Source: Lama guanicoe (lineage: Eukaryota). From it: DNA of 64,000 bases. The DNA is taken from NCBI GenBank assembly GCA_013239625.1, contig MU054212.1, positions 7,817,412 through 7,881,411 on the forward strand. Reading direction: 5' to 3'. Positions 39,308 to 53,757 of the stretch are shown in pieces. The first letter of the stretch is position 1. The number at the start of each line of letters is the position of its first letter. The notes beneath the pieces were generated by a model that did not search any database, was not told the DNA's origin, and worked only from the letters and a program-made list of their open reading frames with translations. Made by a program: the position numbers and the translations under genes.

Positions 39308-40309
39308 AAGAAATACTTTGGAGCACGTGTTACTCGGCAGGCAGTGTGCTATATTCTGACCACTGCCAGGCGGTGAGACTGAGAGGAAGCTAGCAGTTCA
39401 AGGCCTTACGGCCCTGCTGAGAGAAAAGGCACCATGAGCAGCGAGCAGTGCAGCCCATCAGTGAATGAGGAATCAGTGTTGTTTTCTGAAAGTTGCATTT
39501 TTGCAGCCATAATTCTTCCCAATGCGTTGAAAATTGTCCTCAGAAGCTATTTTAACTTTACACAGACGCAGCACTATTATAACAGGAAAATGTTCATATT
39601 TTCAGCTCAAGTTCTTAGGGGTGGGGGAACATGGCAGATGCTTTTGCTAAGTTTAAGGGATTGATTTTGGACCAAGTTCTAATTAAAATTGCTCAAAGGG
39701 CTGGTGAGAAGTTTTCTTGTGATCATCTGAGTCCATCAAAAGTTCTGCCCCCTCTAAAGAAAGTGTCAGACTTAAATCAAAATAGCAAGGGAAAAAAAAA
39801 GAAATGAATTAGTTATTGATTGGTGATTTTATGAGATTTCCTTAAAATGTTACAGTACAGTTAATTTTCATTTTACTTTTGGCAGTTACACATATACTAA
39901 TCTGTAAAGATGTTAAAGTCAAGAAATTAATGTTGGTGTGAAATCTATGTTGAGAACAGTGTCACAAGATTCATTGATACATGAACATTTCTATACAAAG
40001 TACCTACTGACTACATTCAGTGTCTATTTTTGCATTTTTATATAGCAGATGCCTCTTAAATACTGATATCTGACATCACAGCTGATTAAATTGTATTTAA
40101 ATGTAGACTTAACCATTATTTTTGAATAAAGCGGGTAGGAAAGCATCAAACTGTGATTTTCTTCCCCCATGGCAAATGTCAACACAATTTCTTCAAGTAT
40201 AATGATTTTTAATTCTGGAAGTGTTTGTTCCTCAAAAAGAGGGCTACAGGGAATGCTGCCATGTTAAACACAGTTGAAATTTAATAGAAACTTAATTAGC
40301 AACTATTAT

Positions 40310-41080
40310 TCAATTCTTTTTTACACACAGTACTACCTTAGGTGCTTTGAGAGATAAAAAGATGAATTAGATGGGATGGAGACTCAGCCAGAGCTCACAA
40401 TATACAGTGGGAAACAACTGTGATAAGTGTTTTAATAGCCGAATGAACAGCATTGAACCTGAAAGTCCTGCAGGGAGCAGAGAAATTAATTCCAGTTGGG
40501 GAAACCTCTTAAATGATGTACACCGAGTTGAACATTAGATGCATCAGAGAGCAATAATGCTCACCTAGGATATGGCCCTTTCCTTCAAGGACCTTATTGT
40601 CTTCTTGGGGAGATAAGAATTATACATAGAATAGTTAGAGGATTCTGTAAATGGAGACGATATTATAAAGTGTACAATTACCCCCCCAAAAAAATTAGCC
40701 CCCAAATTCTCTAATTAGAAAATAAAGATGCAGTAGCGGGAGGAATTGGTATGGAGTGGAGAGACTGAATGATGCCTTGGAGAAGATGGACCAGGATATG
40801 GGCTGGAAGTGCTGGGGGTATCTGCAGAAGCCACCGAAGGGAAAAACAGAAATGATGAAGACGATGAACTGGGGCAGGGCTGATTACAGCCTGTTCTGCG
40901 ACCTTCAGAGGACAACCTGGCTGAAGCAGGAGGCCTTCCCTGGGGAGTATTGGAAGAACAGAGCGGTTGTTTAAGGAAGCGTAGGATGGCGGTGCACCCT
41001 GAATGCCAAGAGTAGGAAGAATCCGGGCTTGAGCTGTTGGGAACAGGAAATTCCTGTCGTTGGTCCAGCAGCCCAGTGGC
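40310..41080 (-). mobile_element. L2 fragments
   Basis: 'tggccctttccttcaaggaccttattgtcttcttggggagataaga' and 'ccctgaatgccaagagtaggaag...ggcttga' resemble antisense L2. Confidence 0.5.
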
Positions 41081-42219
41081 ACAAGCAGAGAAGCTAGAAA
41101 GACACACTAGAAAGATGAGCCTGGCAGTGATTGCTTTTCTGAAGAATTGTTTTATATAAAGCTCCTCTAAACAGTTTGGCATCTGTAAGGCATTAGATGT
41201 ACAATGTTATCATTACCTTAGACACATGCAGAGAACTCGTGAGTGTGTATACAACCCTGACGCTTGTAGAAAGTGTTCTGTAGACTCTTGAAATCAGTTC
41301 TTAGAAGAAGTCATTTGGTTGGCTTGGCCTACCATAAAGGAGGAGACAAAAAACAGATATAATGGCTTAGCGTTTGTTAAAACAAACGTGAGAGAAACAG
41401 AAGTGGAAATGCTACATGTAAAGAAAGATTTATGTCCAAAAGGACCTATCTCAGATATTTTAGGAACCTTCAGAAGGTGCCCTGTCTGTGGTTAAAAAAA
41501 AAAGAAAAGAAAAGAAAAGAAAAGAAAGCTTCCTTCTGTAAAATGTTTAAAAAGTGAGAAATATCTTTTGGAATTACAGATTGGTTATTTCAACTTTAAT
41601 TCCTGACAAAGGACAGACTCAACAGGTCTCCAGCAACCAACAGAGCGTTTGCTGTAGTCAGTAATCAACAAGACCTTATGAAGAGAAGATCAGGGCAGAT
41701 CAATTCAATTTCCACCCAAGACACAGAAACAGATCTTAGTGATAAGGAGGTTATAAGGTGCCGGAATTTCTGTTAGACTTTGGTGTCTGCCCCACTTGGC
41801 ATCCTTTTGAATGAGCTGCACAGACTCAGTCTGTGGGTCTTGCATGTGGGCATAGCTGATGGGTTTATATTCATATATTAATTATTGATTAAGGATGCCT
41901 CACTATTAATATGAAAACATTTCTCTGTAGTTTATAAACTGAGTGGTCGAAGGTTCGTGCTAATGGTGTCAGAGTAATGAAATTTCCCTCCAAGTGGACG
42001 CACTTTCTCCTGGAGTCACATGACCAGCCGGGCCCCCTCCTTTCAGCTGAATCACAATGCATGCTATTGTCACTGACGGAACCGGACAGCAATGGTAGGA
42101 CACAAGAAATCCGTCACCATTAGTAGAAGAAAAAATGCCCTTTTATCCTACTTAGGCAAAAGTCTATAAGCAGAGATGAGTCTGACAGTCAAAAAACCTA
42201 CTGGCACATTCAGAATACG

Positions 42220-42658
42220 TAGAGATTATCATACTAAGTGAAGTAAGTCTGACCGAGAAAGACAAATACCTTGTGATATCACTTATATGTGGAATCTTAA
42301 AAAATAAATAAATAAAAATAAATACAGATGAACTTATTTACAAAACAGAAAAAGACTCACAGTCATAGAAAGCCAACTTATGGTTACCAAAAAGGGGGGA
42401 GGTGGGGCAGAGAGGGATAAATCAGGAGTTTGGGATTGGCAGAGACACACTACTGTATATAAAATAGATAAACAACAAGGTCCTACTGTAGAGCACAGGG
42501 GACTATATTCAATAGCTTGTAATAACCTACAATGAAAAAGAATCTGAAAAAGAATAGATATGGGTGTAACTCTGCTGTACACCAGAAACTAACACAACAT
42601 TGTAAATCTACTTCAATAAAAAAACTCGACTTCAGTAAAAAAAAAAATAATAAAAAAT
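42220..42658 (+). mobile_element. 5'-truncated L1 3' end
   Basis: 'tagagattatcatactaagtgaagtaagtc...aaatagataaacaacaaggtcctactgtagagcacaggg...cacaacattgtaaatctacttcaataaaaaaa'. Confidence 0.92.
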
Positions 42659-44949
42659 GTATCAAGAAAGCTGATGGTTTAACTGCCTTGAACTTTTTTT
42701 TATTATTATTGTTCTCTTAGTCAAAGCAAATAAATTCACCCTTAAGACCAAGAATACTAGTGTGAGACGACATGGCAGTTGGGGAACCAACAGTGATACC
42801 AGGTAGGGTCTGTGTTAGTTGTGCTCACTTCCTTACCCCACTGTTGAAATCTGCACTGCTCTCTTCAGCCAGGAGAGCTCCCTCTTCCCAGCTCCCCACG
42901 ACTTTTCAGTCTTCTCCTTCCAGGTCCCTACTGGCTTCCATAACATTTTTATGCCCTGTTGCCTCCTCCCAACTAACACCCACATATCCACTCAAGACAT
43001 TAACTTTAAGTCTGCAGATGCCAGTTGGGGGTCATGGAGAGGCGTGGCATCTGAGAAGTCCTCGTCAGTATCCACACATGAAGTGGCTTTCAGGTCTCAG
43101 TGCCATTATCTGTGTTACTCCCTGTCCCGTGTTCTTTGCCCTTTGTGTCCCTGGGGCATGGTCCCCCACCTTGACTTCCTGTGTCTGGGAAGGAAAGATG
43201 CCATCCTTGATCTGTACCAGGGCAGCTGTGCTTGTGGAAAATTCCACCCACATCCCAGCCTCTCTTTGGCAAGTGTGCTCAGCCTGAGGCAAAATGTGAA
43301 AGATTTTCCTTAAAAGTCTTCATTCTGCTTCTTTATGCTGAATGACTTTCCAATGCTGCTAGCATTTCTTCTAACCTTAGTTTCTTTTAGGAATTTCTTT
43401 TTACACTTCTGTCTGTCCAGATCCTATTTCTGAAAATATGAATTCTAATCTATAATTTTAATCTTTAAATATGAATTCTAATTTTTACATCTTTAGTCAA
43501 GTTTTCTATAAATGTTAATAGCAAGTAAACACTCAAGTGTTTCTTTTGGTCATTTTTCTAGTTTTAATAAAGGACATATAAAATTCTTTTTCTGTGTTCC
43601 TTCTCTGCTAACCATCATCTCTAAGTTATCTTATTTTTAAAAAAAAATAAATTAAAAGATCTCAAAGATCTCTATGCCAAATGAATTGTACTGAAATATC
43701 TTTAAGTGTTTTGGTAAGGGATTCACATATTCCTGTGACCCAGTGAGTTATTTTGATCCTCTTGTACCATAAGGATCTTTAGATGTGACATGCCACTTTA
43801 TGAAGCTAGCCGTCGGCTTAGTGATCCGTTTATGGAAAAAGGCTCATTTCCCTTGGCCTCTATTTATACAATGTTCAAATTGCATTCTGTTCTTTGAGAT
43901 TTTCTTTTCATTGATCCAGATAACTCTTGTTTGATGTCTTTTCAAAGAACTGCTTATCAGAGAATTTCCAGTAACCTTCTGGCATTTCAAAATTGCAGAT
44001 TCCCTGGGTAGCAATTTTTTTTGTTGCAATTATACAGCTTCAAACTTCCTAAAGCTATAGCTAATGCAGAAAGACAGCTCTGTAAAGTATTTTGGCTACC
44101 TCAATTTCATCCAAGCTCTGTACTTTTCCTTTTTCTCATCCTTCAAACTGTTTGTCATACTTGATAAGCTAATATTTTCCAACTGGTTGAGATAATTTAT
44201 ACCTACGGTATTCCTAATCTATCAATTATTTAAAATGTATAACATTCACAATACAATGTTTCTTCATGTTAACGTTAATAACTTATCTAGTACTTTTCTT
44301 CTTAGTAGCATTAATAATTTCACATGTTTCATTACTAATCACATGTTTTATTGAGTTGTGAAATGGCATATCATATAAAATATTCTAATAATTCTCACCT
44401 GTTTACACAAGCCCTTGTAGTTTCTTAATTAATTAAAGAAAAATTCAGTTCCCATTACAGCTCAATTTCAGTTTCAACTACAAACACAATTTGATATGTA
44501 ATTAACATAGTTACATTATAATTATCTATTATATATCTATATAATTATATAATTAATATATAAATTAATGTAAATTATAAGTATAAGTATGCCACATTAT
44601 TTATATTAAGAAATAACTCAGATTTTTCCCTGGTACCTGAACAATTTTCTTCTTATTATTTCTTATTATTTCAGGACTTAGAAGTTCAGAACTGGTTTTG
44701 TTTTTATTCCTGTCTTCCCTTTACTTTATCTTATTGCTGCTATTGTTCAGATTCCTAATGAGTGTGGAACTTCCTGTCCTAACTCAGAACGGTTCTAGTA
44801 CGGGTCTTAGGAATTCCCTCAACATGCTAATTGTTCTCCTGGGCTAGGATTTCTTCAGAAAAACAGTAGATGCGGGTCTTAGTGAAATCATTCCAGGGAT
44901 GCGTAACATGTCCCGTTTGCCTGGACTTCTGAGACGAGTGTGGTAGAAA

Positions 44950-46150
44950 ACCTGCAGCACCCTCGGTCCTCCACGCCACTCACACCTGCTTCCTTTGGTC
45001 AGCCACAGCCCAGCATGGAAAGCCCTCCAGCCCCTCTCCTTCCTCTCCTGACATCTGTCACCAAATTCAACACCCTGAGCTTCTTCCCTCCTAAGTCTTT
45101 CCAGTTTGGACTGACTGCTGCTCCTCACGACCGCCCACACTCACTCTCTTCTCTGAGCAGTTGTCCATCTCCTGGCCTTCTGGGCACCAGCATGGCCTCT
45201 GATTACATGGCTTCCCCAGCTGCCCCACCCGGGAAGGCTGCTTATCCCTCCTCACCCTCTGTGCCACAGGATTAGATGATGTGGTTGGCATTTTTCCTCC
45301 CTCCCTAAAGTGGTTTCCAGATCTTTCTCTACAATCCTTGGATAAAGACCTCATCTTGGGGTTGGGGAAGTCCTCCTTTACCTCTGTCTACCTCCATTGA
45401 TCACCGTCATCGACCCACATACTGAGTTTAGAAGCCAGCACATGGTAAACATCACAGCCCCAGCAACTTCCATCCTCTTAAGTGACTTCACGTCTGGGTT
45501 GGGCGATCCATGAAAACTATAGTGTCTCAGGGCCTTGGCCTCCTTAAGTGAAGGCATCTTCTCTTCCTGCTTCAGAGACCCCACTCCCTCCATGACTAGT
45601 CATACGAAATATGTGATAATATTGGTCAGTTATAATCAATCATACATCACAGAGTTACATGAGAGCTAGTTAGAGAAAAGAAAATGAAGAATTCCCTAGT
45701 GGTTACTTTCCAAAGACGTGAGTGAGAGGAGAATTTGGTCTTGAGGTAAAGATTTGTAGAAAACGTCGTAACCACTTGGGTTATAGAGAAACAAGGAGTG
45801 GGGGCTGATTCCGAAGTGTCTATCTTGGGAGACGAATGAGATTGTAGCTCTGTTAATGGAGCTGGAGAATGGAACAACAGTTAGATGATAAATTTTGGGT
45901 ATTTTTGAGTCAATCTATGCAAAAACATGGTAGATATTTGTGTTTGGAGTTCGGAAGAGAGGTCAGAGGAGAAGATAAAGCTTGGGAAATCACCAGCATG
46001 TAAATGTAATTGAAGTTATGAAAGAACTAGCCAGGAAGAGCGTATGGAATCATGAAAGGGGTAAGTTTGGAAGAACTGGAACATGGTAGTAGTGATTAGG
46101 AGACAGTCAACCACAGGGCTGGAGAAAGAAGAAACGCTTACAAATTAAAA
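44950..46150. mobile_element. L2 relics in both orientations (+ ~44950-45600; - ~45660-46150)
   Basis: A pyrimidine-rich block with a decayed endonuclease-like motif ('atcctcttaagtgacttcacgtctgggttgggcgatcca', ~ILGDFN.HVDDP), then a purine-rich antisense L2 block. Confidence 0.5.
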
Positions 46151-46159
46151 TGATGAAAA

Positions 46160-46580
46160 CAATAATAATAACATGGAGTGAGTGCAGTTTTGCTCAGTGT
46201 TTTATGTGCTTTATACTAAGGTGGTTGGTGGCTTCGAGCACAGATGGGTTCAAATCACAACTCTGTCACTTACTAACTGGGACTGTTGGCAAGTTTGTTA
46301 AGCTCTCGGTGATTCTGTAGCTTGGGGGTAATAATGGTACCAACTTTGTGGGTTGGTGTGAAGGCTGAAATAGTTAATGTGCCATGTCCGGCAGAACCTG
46401 CCTCACAAAAAGCCCCATTCAAGGGTTACCAGTTATTTTTATCACTGCAGTTTTACTTAATCTTCACAGCAGCTCCATGAAGAGCTATAATTATCCCCGT
46501 TGTTTCAATTGAGGAAGCAGATTCAGAAGGTTACGTTACTTACTCCAAGTAAGCGGTGGGGCTGGTATTTGAAAGTGAAA
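46160..46580. mobile_element. MIR (+, ~46220-46440) nested in an antisense MIR
   Basis: 'gggttcaaatcacaactctgtcacttactaactg' (sense MIR) flanked by 'cttaatcttcacagcagctccatgaag...tgaggaagcagattcagaaggtta' (antisense MIR). Confidence 0.65.
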
Positions 46581-47989
46581 GGGGCTGGTCCCTTACTAGG
46601 GACCCCGTGTACTTAACTCGCCAGAAAGGGTGCTACAGACGGCGACAAAGGGAAATATTTTAAGAAGCTGAGAGTGACTAATCGGTTAAATGTAACGAAG
46701 TTGTCGTGCAAATAATCCATCGACCCGGTTCTCTTGATTCGTTGGGTTAAACAATTGCAACAGAGGTTTTTATGAGGATAATGTGATAACAGGCAACTTT
46801 TACCAGAAGCCAATTTATGCTCCTCACCTGAGCTGTATACCGAATAGTCCCATGTGCAAACTTGGTCATCACCCAAGAGTGATGGTGCCTGGAAGAGCTC
46901 ATGAGCATGATTTCCTGTTACATCAATGCAGTGAGACAGTTGGGTTTATCTTCACACTTAGTCAACTGTACTCCCATTGGGAGCTTCACAATTGTGCATG
47001 TTTTATTTATTTTAACATCTGATTCATTCTAGTTTGAAATCCATCCTCCGTGATCATTGCCTTACATTGTTTTTGATCACAATTATATGGATCTGCTCAT
47101 TCTACATTTTACAGAATGCCAGGGGGTTTTGTTTTTGTTTTTGCTTACAAGTTTGCATGATCATAACGAAATTTATTTAACAACATCATCTTGTATGTCT
47201 TGTAACATTTTCAATGGAATGCTTTTCATTAAAGAAAACAGAATTTATGTAAACTTCACAATAGTTTATAAATCTCTTGGCATCAGAAGCAGATAACTTG
47301 GCATTATGCTGTCCCTTTCTGCTCATGTGGTGGCACAGACATAAATGGCTTGTACATTTGGAGCATTTTGTGTCAACTTTTTTTTTAACCAGTCCCTGAA
47401 GCTTATGGTTCCCATTGCTATGATGATTTAAAAGGGAGATCATTTAGAAAGTAAGCCAAGTGGTTCCCATAGCATCTCAGCTCTTTCTAGCTGCAAATGA
47501 TGTTGCTATGCTTTGTTGTAGATTTCTACATAACTCTGGGCATGCTGCCGTCCTTAACAGTTCCCTAGTGTTATTTTGGAAAAGTCCTCTGCAGAAAATG
47601 CCAGAACTCAGCTTGAACTCTTGTCCCCTGTCAGGGAGAATCTTTCTATCAGCAGGATGTCTCAGCTGTTTCAAAACTCATTCAGCGCTTTACTAGTAAA
47701 TTCTGTTCCCATGGAATATGCCAACTATAGATTACCCTGATTGTTCATCTTATGAGCTTTAAAAGCAAAATATTTGATCAGGAAATTTCAGCCTTTTCCA
47801 CTAACTTTTTTAGATAGAAATCTTAATTTTAATTCATGGAAGATTTTTCCTTGTTTTTCAACTGACCATATAATAATATAAAGCATGTGAGTGCTTACTT
47901 TCATTTTAATCGATAAAATGATGTATTTTTCCCCTTTAGGTCAGTGCCGCCTGCAATTAATAACAATCATCCGCTAAATTTTAAGTCAG

Positions 47990-48160
47990 TATGTCCTTTG
48001 TGATGTTCTAAACCAAATAATCATTTTTATTCCTTATAAACCCAATTATAGCTGACAAAAACTGAGACAGAGAGAAGATAGGAAATTTCCTTGTTAGTAA
48101 TTTGTAAAACCAATCTTTGAATCCAGGTAGTCTCCTACTCCAGTGCCTGAACAGGTGAGC
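47990..48160 (-). mobile_element. MIR fragment
   Basis: 'cccaattatagctgacaaaaactgagacagagagaagatagg...tttgaatccaggtagtct'. Confidence 0.6.
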
Positions 48161-49337
48161 ACTAAGCTATATTTGATGAATGAGGAAGATACAGCAGTTT
48201 AAGTCAATGTATCTCATTTGTGATAAAGCAGCGGTAACTATTCTAATATCTGAATGAAGACAGTTCTCTATACACACGTTGAGTTCCAGGAGTCCCCGCA
48301 AGTTAATTATTCAGAATTCCAGATACAATACTAGCTGGTGCTCCCAACCAGCCCACATAATCATGTTTAAACTCTAGGATAGTTGAAATGTGATCTATTT
48401 TTAGTAACCAGTGTAGAAGCTATGCTGTTGCGATGTCAGAAATCAAGGAAAATATAAGACAATAAGAAACTTAAAAAAAAAATCTTGAGTAGTTTTGCTT
48501 GGATAAATGTTCGATTTAACTATAAAATGAAAAGATATATAAAGCTCTTTTGTAGAAAAAAAGGGACTGAATCAGGCACATTACCAAGCATAATAATATT
48601 TGATGAGGTGGGAAAGTTGCATGTTGAGAAACAAGAGAAGAAGGCAGGTGGAAATGGGAAAGAGAGAGCTGGCATGCAGAAAAATTCTTTGAATTACACA
48701 CAATATTAACAGGTCATCTACTCAAAGGGCCCCAGAAGTGCTGAATAGAATATGTTTTGTGAAGAAATACACACACACATGCGTGCACGCGAACCACTTT
48801 TCAGCTTCCCTGTCTGAGCATCCATCATCGTATTGGTAAGACTTGTACTAGCCCCAAAGACACCCACTCCTGAAGGACTGTCCAGTGGTGCACAGTTTCC
48901 TGAGTTTTTAACTTAGGGGGAAAAAAAAGAATTGATGGGAAAACAGCGCTTACATTTCTTAAGAATCCAATGAGATGTTTAGGCATTATCAAAATTGGAT
49001 TGAAAAACGTGGGCTTAAATATCAGTTCAATTGATTAATGAGATAACGAATGTAAACCTCCATAGTAGCTTGTGCTGCAAGTCATAGGCATCCTCTAGAT
49101 GGAAGTTAACAGTGTTACTGGGAAAACTGAGCTGCTCATCCAAACCCTCAAACCAAAAGAAAGAAAGACAAATGATAGTAGCTATCTGTTTAATGTATCT
49201 TAAGGCACTTCTTGGATGTGAGGTTGAGATTTGGACAATGTAACGTTCAGAGAGTCTGTCTTTCTTTATGGTTGCGTTTTTCATCAACGAAAATTCTCTG
49301 AAGCATTTGCTTCCTTTGCCCAGTGCACTCTGGACGT

Positions 49338-50335
49338 TAGCTATTCTTGAAATTTTGAAGGTCAGGGCCTCGTTATGCTCTTAAAAATCATTAACTCCAA
49401 AGAGCTTTCTTTCATTTATGTGAGTACCATCTATTGATGTTTAAATGAGAAATCAAAACTGAGAAATTTTTCATTTTTAATTATGAATGCAATCCATAAA
49501 AGCAAGCCATTTGCACATTAATATAAATAATGTTTTGTATGAAAAATAATTTTGATGCAAAAAAATTATTAAGAAAAGTGGCATGGCTTTACACTTTTGC
49601 AAATCTCTTGAATGTCTGGCGTAATAAAGGGCAGTTGAATTCTCTTGTCTGCTTCTGCATTTAATCTATTGCAATATGTTGCTTTGGTAGAAGTAATGAG
49701 GAAAATCCAGACTCCCACAGATATGCAGTTGGAAAAGGCAGTATTTTCATAGCCTTTTCAGATAAATGTGAGTATTCTTTGATATGACACCCAAACTCAA
49801 AAAATGATTGTTTCTTAAAGGTGAATTGTAATGTGGAATCTGAAACCATATCAATGAACTTTGTGTAGTCTATTACATTAAAATTCATTTGCTTCCTCAT
49901 ACTTTATATAGATTTTTTTTTACCTTGGTATGATTTTATGACATCATACATTGGTCATTTGGAAAACAATGGTTTACCAAATTATGCAGATCTTTCAAAT
50001 ATTCACACAGTTCCCTTTTTACTAACAAAAAAGTCACTTTTGTTAACATCACCATCAGTCTCTTCCACAAAGTTCTTTACATATTGAGAAGCTGTCAGGC
50101 TTGTGGTGGCTGATGCTAGCTTTCCAAAATTCACGTTTTTGCTTGAAAGCTCCAGTTTTATCATTGGCAACAAGTACTGCCATTTGTTTTGCTTCGAATG
50201 ACAGCTCGCTTTGTTCATTTTTGGAAAAAAGCATTTGTGAAAAACCCAAGCCTGAGTAACCAGTTTATCTGTCGGTCTTTTACTTGAAGTGGCGTTGTGT
50301 GGAAAAGCAGCTAGTCCAGCTCATAGACGGTTGCA

Positions 50336-50372
<37 letters not shown>

Positions 50373-50765
50373 TGGTGTCCAGCAGACGTACTTTATGTAT
50401 ACTTCTCAGTTCATCACACAAAATTTTAAAAATACGTGTATTTGAGGGTTGAGATTTCATAAATTTAATAATCATTTTTACTGGTCCAACAAAGAACGTC
50501 TTCAGTGAAGCAAATGCATTTTTTTTTCTTTTCTTTTTTTTTTTTTTTTTTTCTGATTTTTTTTTACTGCAGTTAAAACCACGATCACAGTCTAATGTAA
50601 CTCCCTCAATTCTGGCTGAGGTGCTAAAAGTTTTACTCACCATTGTCCTTGCGCCACTGATGCAAATGGTAACGGTGAGCCAAGCCATGTTTGTGATATT
50701 ATGAAAACAATATCAATTCTTTGGGCACCTCCAGGGGCCCAGGGACCACATTTTGAGGAACACTT
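49338..50765 (-). mobile_element. Charlie1a hAT DNA transposon (non-autonomous, ~1.43 kb, end to end)
   Basis: Decayed TIRs. 8-bp flanks CTGGACGT (49330-49337) and CTGGACAC (50766-50773). The minus-strand translation ...EYSHLSEKAMKILPFPTAYLWESGFS is the hAT dimerisation-domain motif (LPF.TTYLCESGFS). Internal (CA)n at ~50336-50370. Confidence 0.85.
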
Positions 50766-53757
50766 CTGGACACAATATCCCTTCCCAAATGTATCTTGTT
50801 TTATCTTACTTTAAAGCATCTCCTTTCTCATCCCCAGCTTTTAAACCATTGAGTCACAAAATCCAAAGTCATGGCAATGTCATAAGAACATGCACTTGTC
50901 AGCTAAAATACAGAGGATTGGTGGTGCTTAAAATGAGCTGTTTTGGGGCCAAACAACTGCAGATGTGGGATATGTTAAATTTCTGCTCTTTTTTTTCATT
51001 TGGACACATTTCCCCAAGATTTACTGAGATAAGATTAGGATAATAGTTAAGAGAATGTTTTCTGCACAACTCGGTGAATATCTGAACATCTACTGTCCTT
51101 AAAGGTATAACTGATAGGACTTTACAAATTCTAATAAAAGCCTTTGAGGCAAATTTCCACTGGTCTATGTTTCAAACTCTGTCAGAAAAGACTATTAGCT
51201 GCATTTGGGGGACAATCAGAGATAATAATCCTTTCTGTATTTTTATATTCTCCACACCATGTCGTTAGCCGCTCTCGACTATTTGTACATTGCAGACTGT
51301 TTCTTTATCTCTCCCGACAGCGACAGCTCCCTGTGTCCCATGTGTCCCACAGCTTGGTTCTGCCTCCCTTTCCCCCACACTCTCGAGCAGAAAAACAAGC
51401 ACCTACAGATTTACAATCCTTTCCTCTTGGTCTGTAGACAACTGTCCTGGTTTTATTCTGCAATGGTGCCCCTGGTCCAGGAGCCGGTACCTGCCACGTT
51501 TCCCAGCCTCCATCTCTGTTCTTATGGGGATGGTCGCCTTACCAAGAATGCCTGGTCCCATGACAAGGACCCCTGCTGCCCATGTGCAGACATTCGTTCA
51601 TTCATTTCTTTGTCCATTTATCCTATCAGCATTTACCAACAATAGTAATATAACCCTATTATCCAAGCCACATGCTAAGCACAGGTGCCCACCTCCTGAT
51701 ACTCCTGCCCATCCTTCTTGCTTGTTTCAAGATTCCCTGAGCACCATGCTTGGCCCAGCTGCTGAGAACATCTCCCAGTCTTGGTTCCTCAGCCCAGCCT
51801 GATTGTTTGTTCCATCTGTGTAAGTCAAGCCAGAGTTTAGATTCCTTCCAGCCATCGCCTCACCTGCACCACGACTAACAATTTTATATTAAAATTTCGA
51901 ACTTTATTCTTAAACTTTTTCCATAGCAAGAGTCCTTGCGGGTCCGCTGAGGCATTCTGGGAGTCCGCGGGGGCATCACAGAGCAAAATCAAAAGTGGCC
52001 CCAAGGCAACAAGAATGAAGGTGTGTGGAGCTGCCCTGGGGTCCCCCTCTGTGGTTACCCAAATGGAAGCTGGGTACATGTAGGCCTTTCACGGGGCTCT
52101 AAGAAAGTCTGCTGATTTGAGAATGAGCACCTTTCTTCACTCTTCAAAACTCTTGAATGCCATTCAAATATGCAATCTTACCGCTTTAATAGAGGGAACG
52201 CAGTCTCCTGACAGGAAAACAGCTTACACATTCCACTTGACTCCAGGCTGGCTTTCCTGAGGCATCATGTTGCCTTGCTGCGATGCTGAGTCTCTTTGCT
52301 TCAGAGCCTCCCAGAAATGTCACAGCGGCATTACCGTGTCCCAAACTGGTGGAACACTAACCTGGAATCCATGCCAATAACTAGCATCCAGAACTCAGCG
52401 CAGGCTGTTGCAAAACAACTCTTGATTGTTAGGTTGGGCTGGAGCCTATGACTAGGGGAAGAAAAAGGAATTTGGTGCCTATTTCCGGTAACAACCTTTT
52501 CACTTGGGGTGCAGGATATGTCATGGTGCTTGCCTTCTGAGCCTCTGTTATGTTGACCATTGGTGCTTCTAACCACCATCAGGACCCGTGGTTTTTGGTC
52601 ATGGTGGTAAAACATGTGCCCCAGATATGGAAATACCACTCTTAGGAGAATGCAGGATGTTAGTTCAATTTTCAAGATTAACACTCATTAAAGGGTATGT
52701 GATTTGCAATAATAGCACGTTCCTATTTCATGACAAGAATCTACACGGATCACTCTTAAATGATCGTACCCTATCTCCAGCTCTTGAATTTAAATGTAGA
52801 ATGCCAAAATCTAAAAGATTTCCTCAGCAATGTGCTAATTAGTTTGGTTCGTATCTTTAATGAAATCTATTTAATCTTTATTATTCTGTGCAGAAGTTTT
52901 GTACATTCACTGGGTGGACCAGAAATGTTGGCCCTTGTCACCAAGATCCAGTTTCATTGTCTAGGCTGTTGGCCAGGCGTATCTGAGCACTATTCCAATT
53001 TTATCCTTAAACATATTTCAGATTTAATGGTAGAAGCTGCCTTTAAAAAAAAATAAAAAATTGGAATGATGTTTTCTGCTCTACACATCAGTTAGTTGCC
53101 AATATGAAATCTTAATGAAATTATTGTTATATAATACACAATAATCAGATTGTATTTTCCTTAATTCCATAATTTGTTAAATCCCCATACAGCATTAAGC
53201 AGTATCTTTATATAACTGTAAAAACCGTAAGCTCCTGTAACCCAAACCTAAATTGCTTGAACAAAACTCTACAACTCATCTTTCTTCAATTTCATATTAT
53301 TAGCTTTTCTTCTTTAAGTTACCTATCACTTTTATATGGCTAATGTGATTATGGGAGATAATGGGAGATAGGGATAACAGATATTTGAAATCCACAAATA
53401 AGCCAAACCTCACTTGAGTAAGTAGTTTCCGCCTTCCCTCACGAGATCCTTACCCCGTGTATAGCCTTTCATTGTCCTATTCGCCATTTAGTGGAATTTT
53501 TAATAAGCAGGGGAAATGCATGTAGAGAGACTCAAACTATAGAAAGGAGAGCAGAGGGTCCAAATAGCCACAAAACTGAATGATTCGTGGGACACATAGG
53601 AGTTGAATGTACTATTATCAAGAGGACATTTTTGTGAATGTTGATTATTTATTTATCATCTTCATATTTATTAGTTGAGATATATAGAATAAAATTACAA
53701 AGCAGCTAATAAAATAATTTTTTGACTTTCTATTTTTTTAGTTGATGTCAGTCAGAC

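Noticed and set aside
40756..40974. 72-aa ORF with superficial resemblance to a CR1 ORF2 segment (WGRADYSLF)
   Set aside because: The similarity is too short, and the surrounding DNA is better explained as antisense L2.
42772..43313. Overlapping 171-aa and 164-aa ORFs (similar case at 51259-51802)
   Set aside because: C/T-rich sequence depleted of stop codons, with no domain similarity or exon structure.
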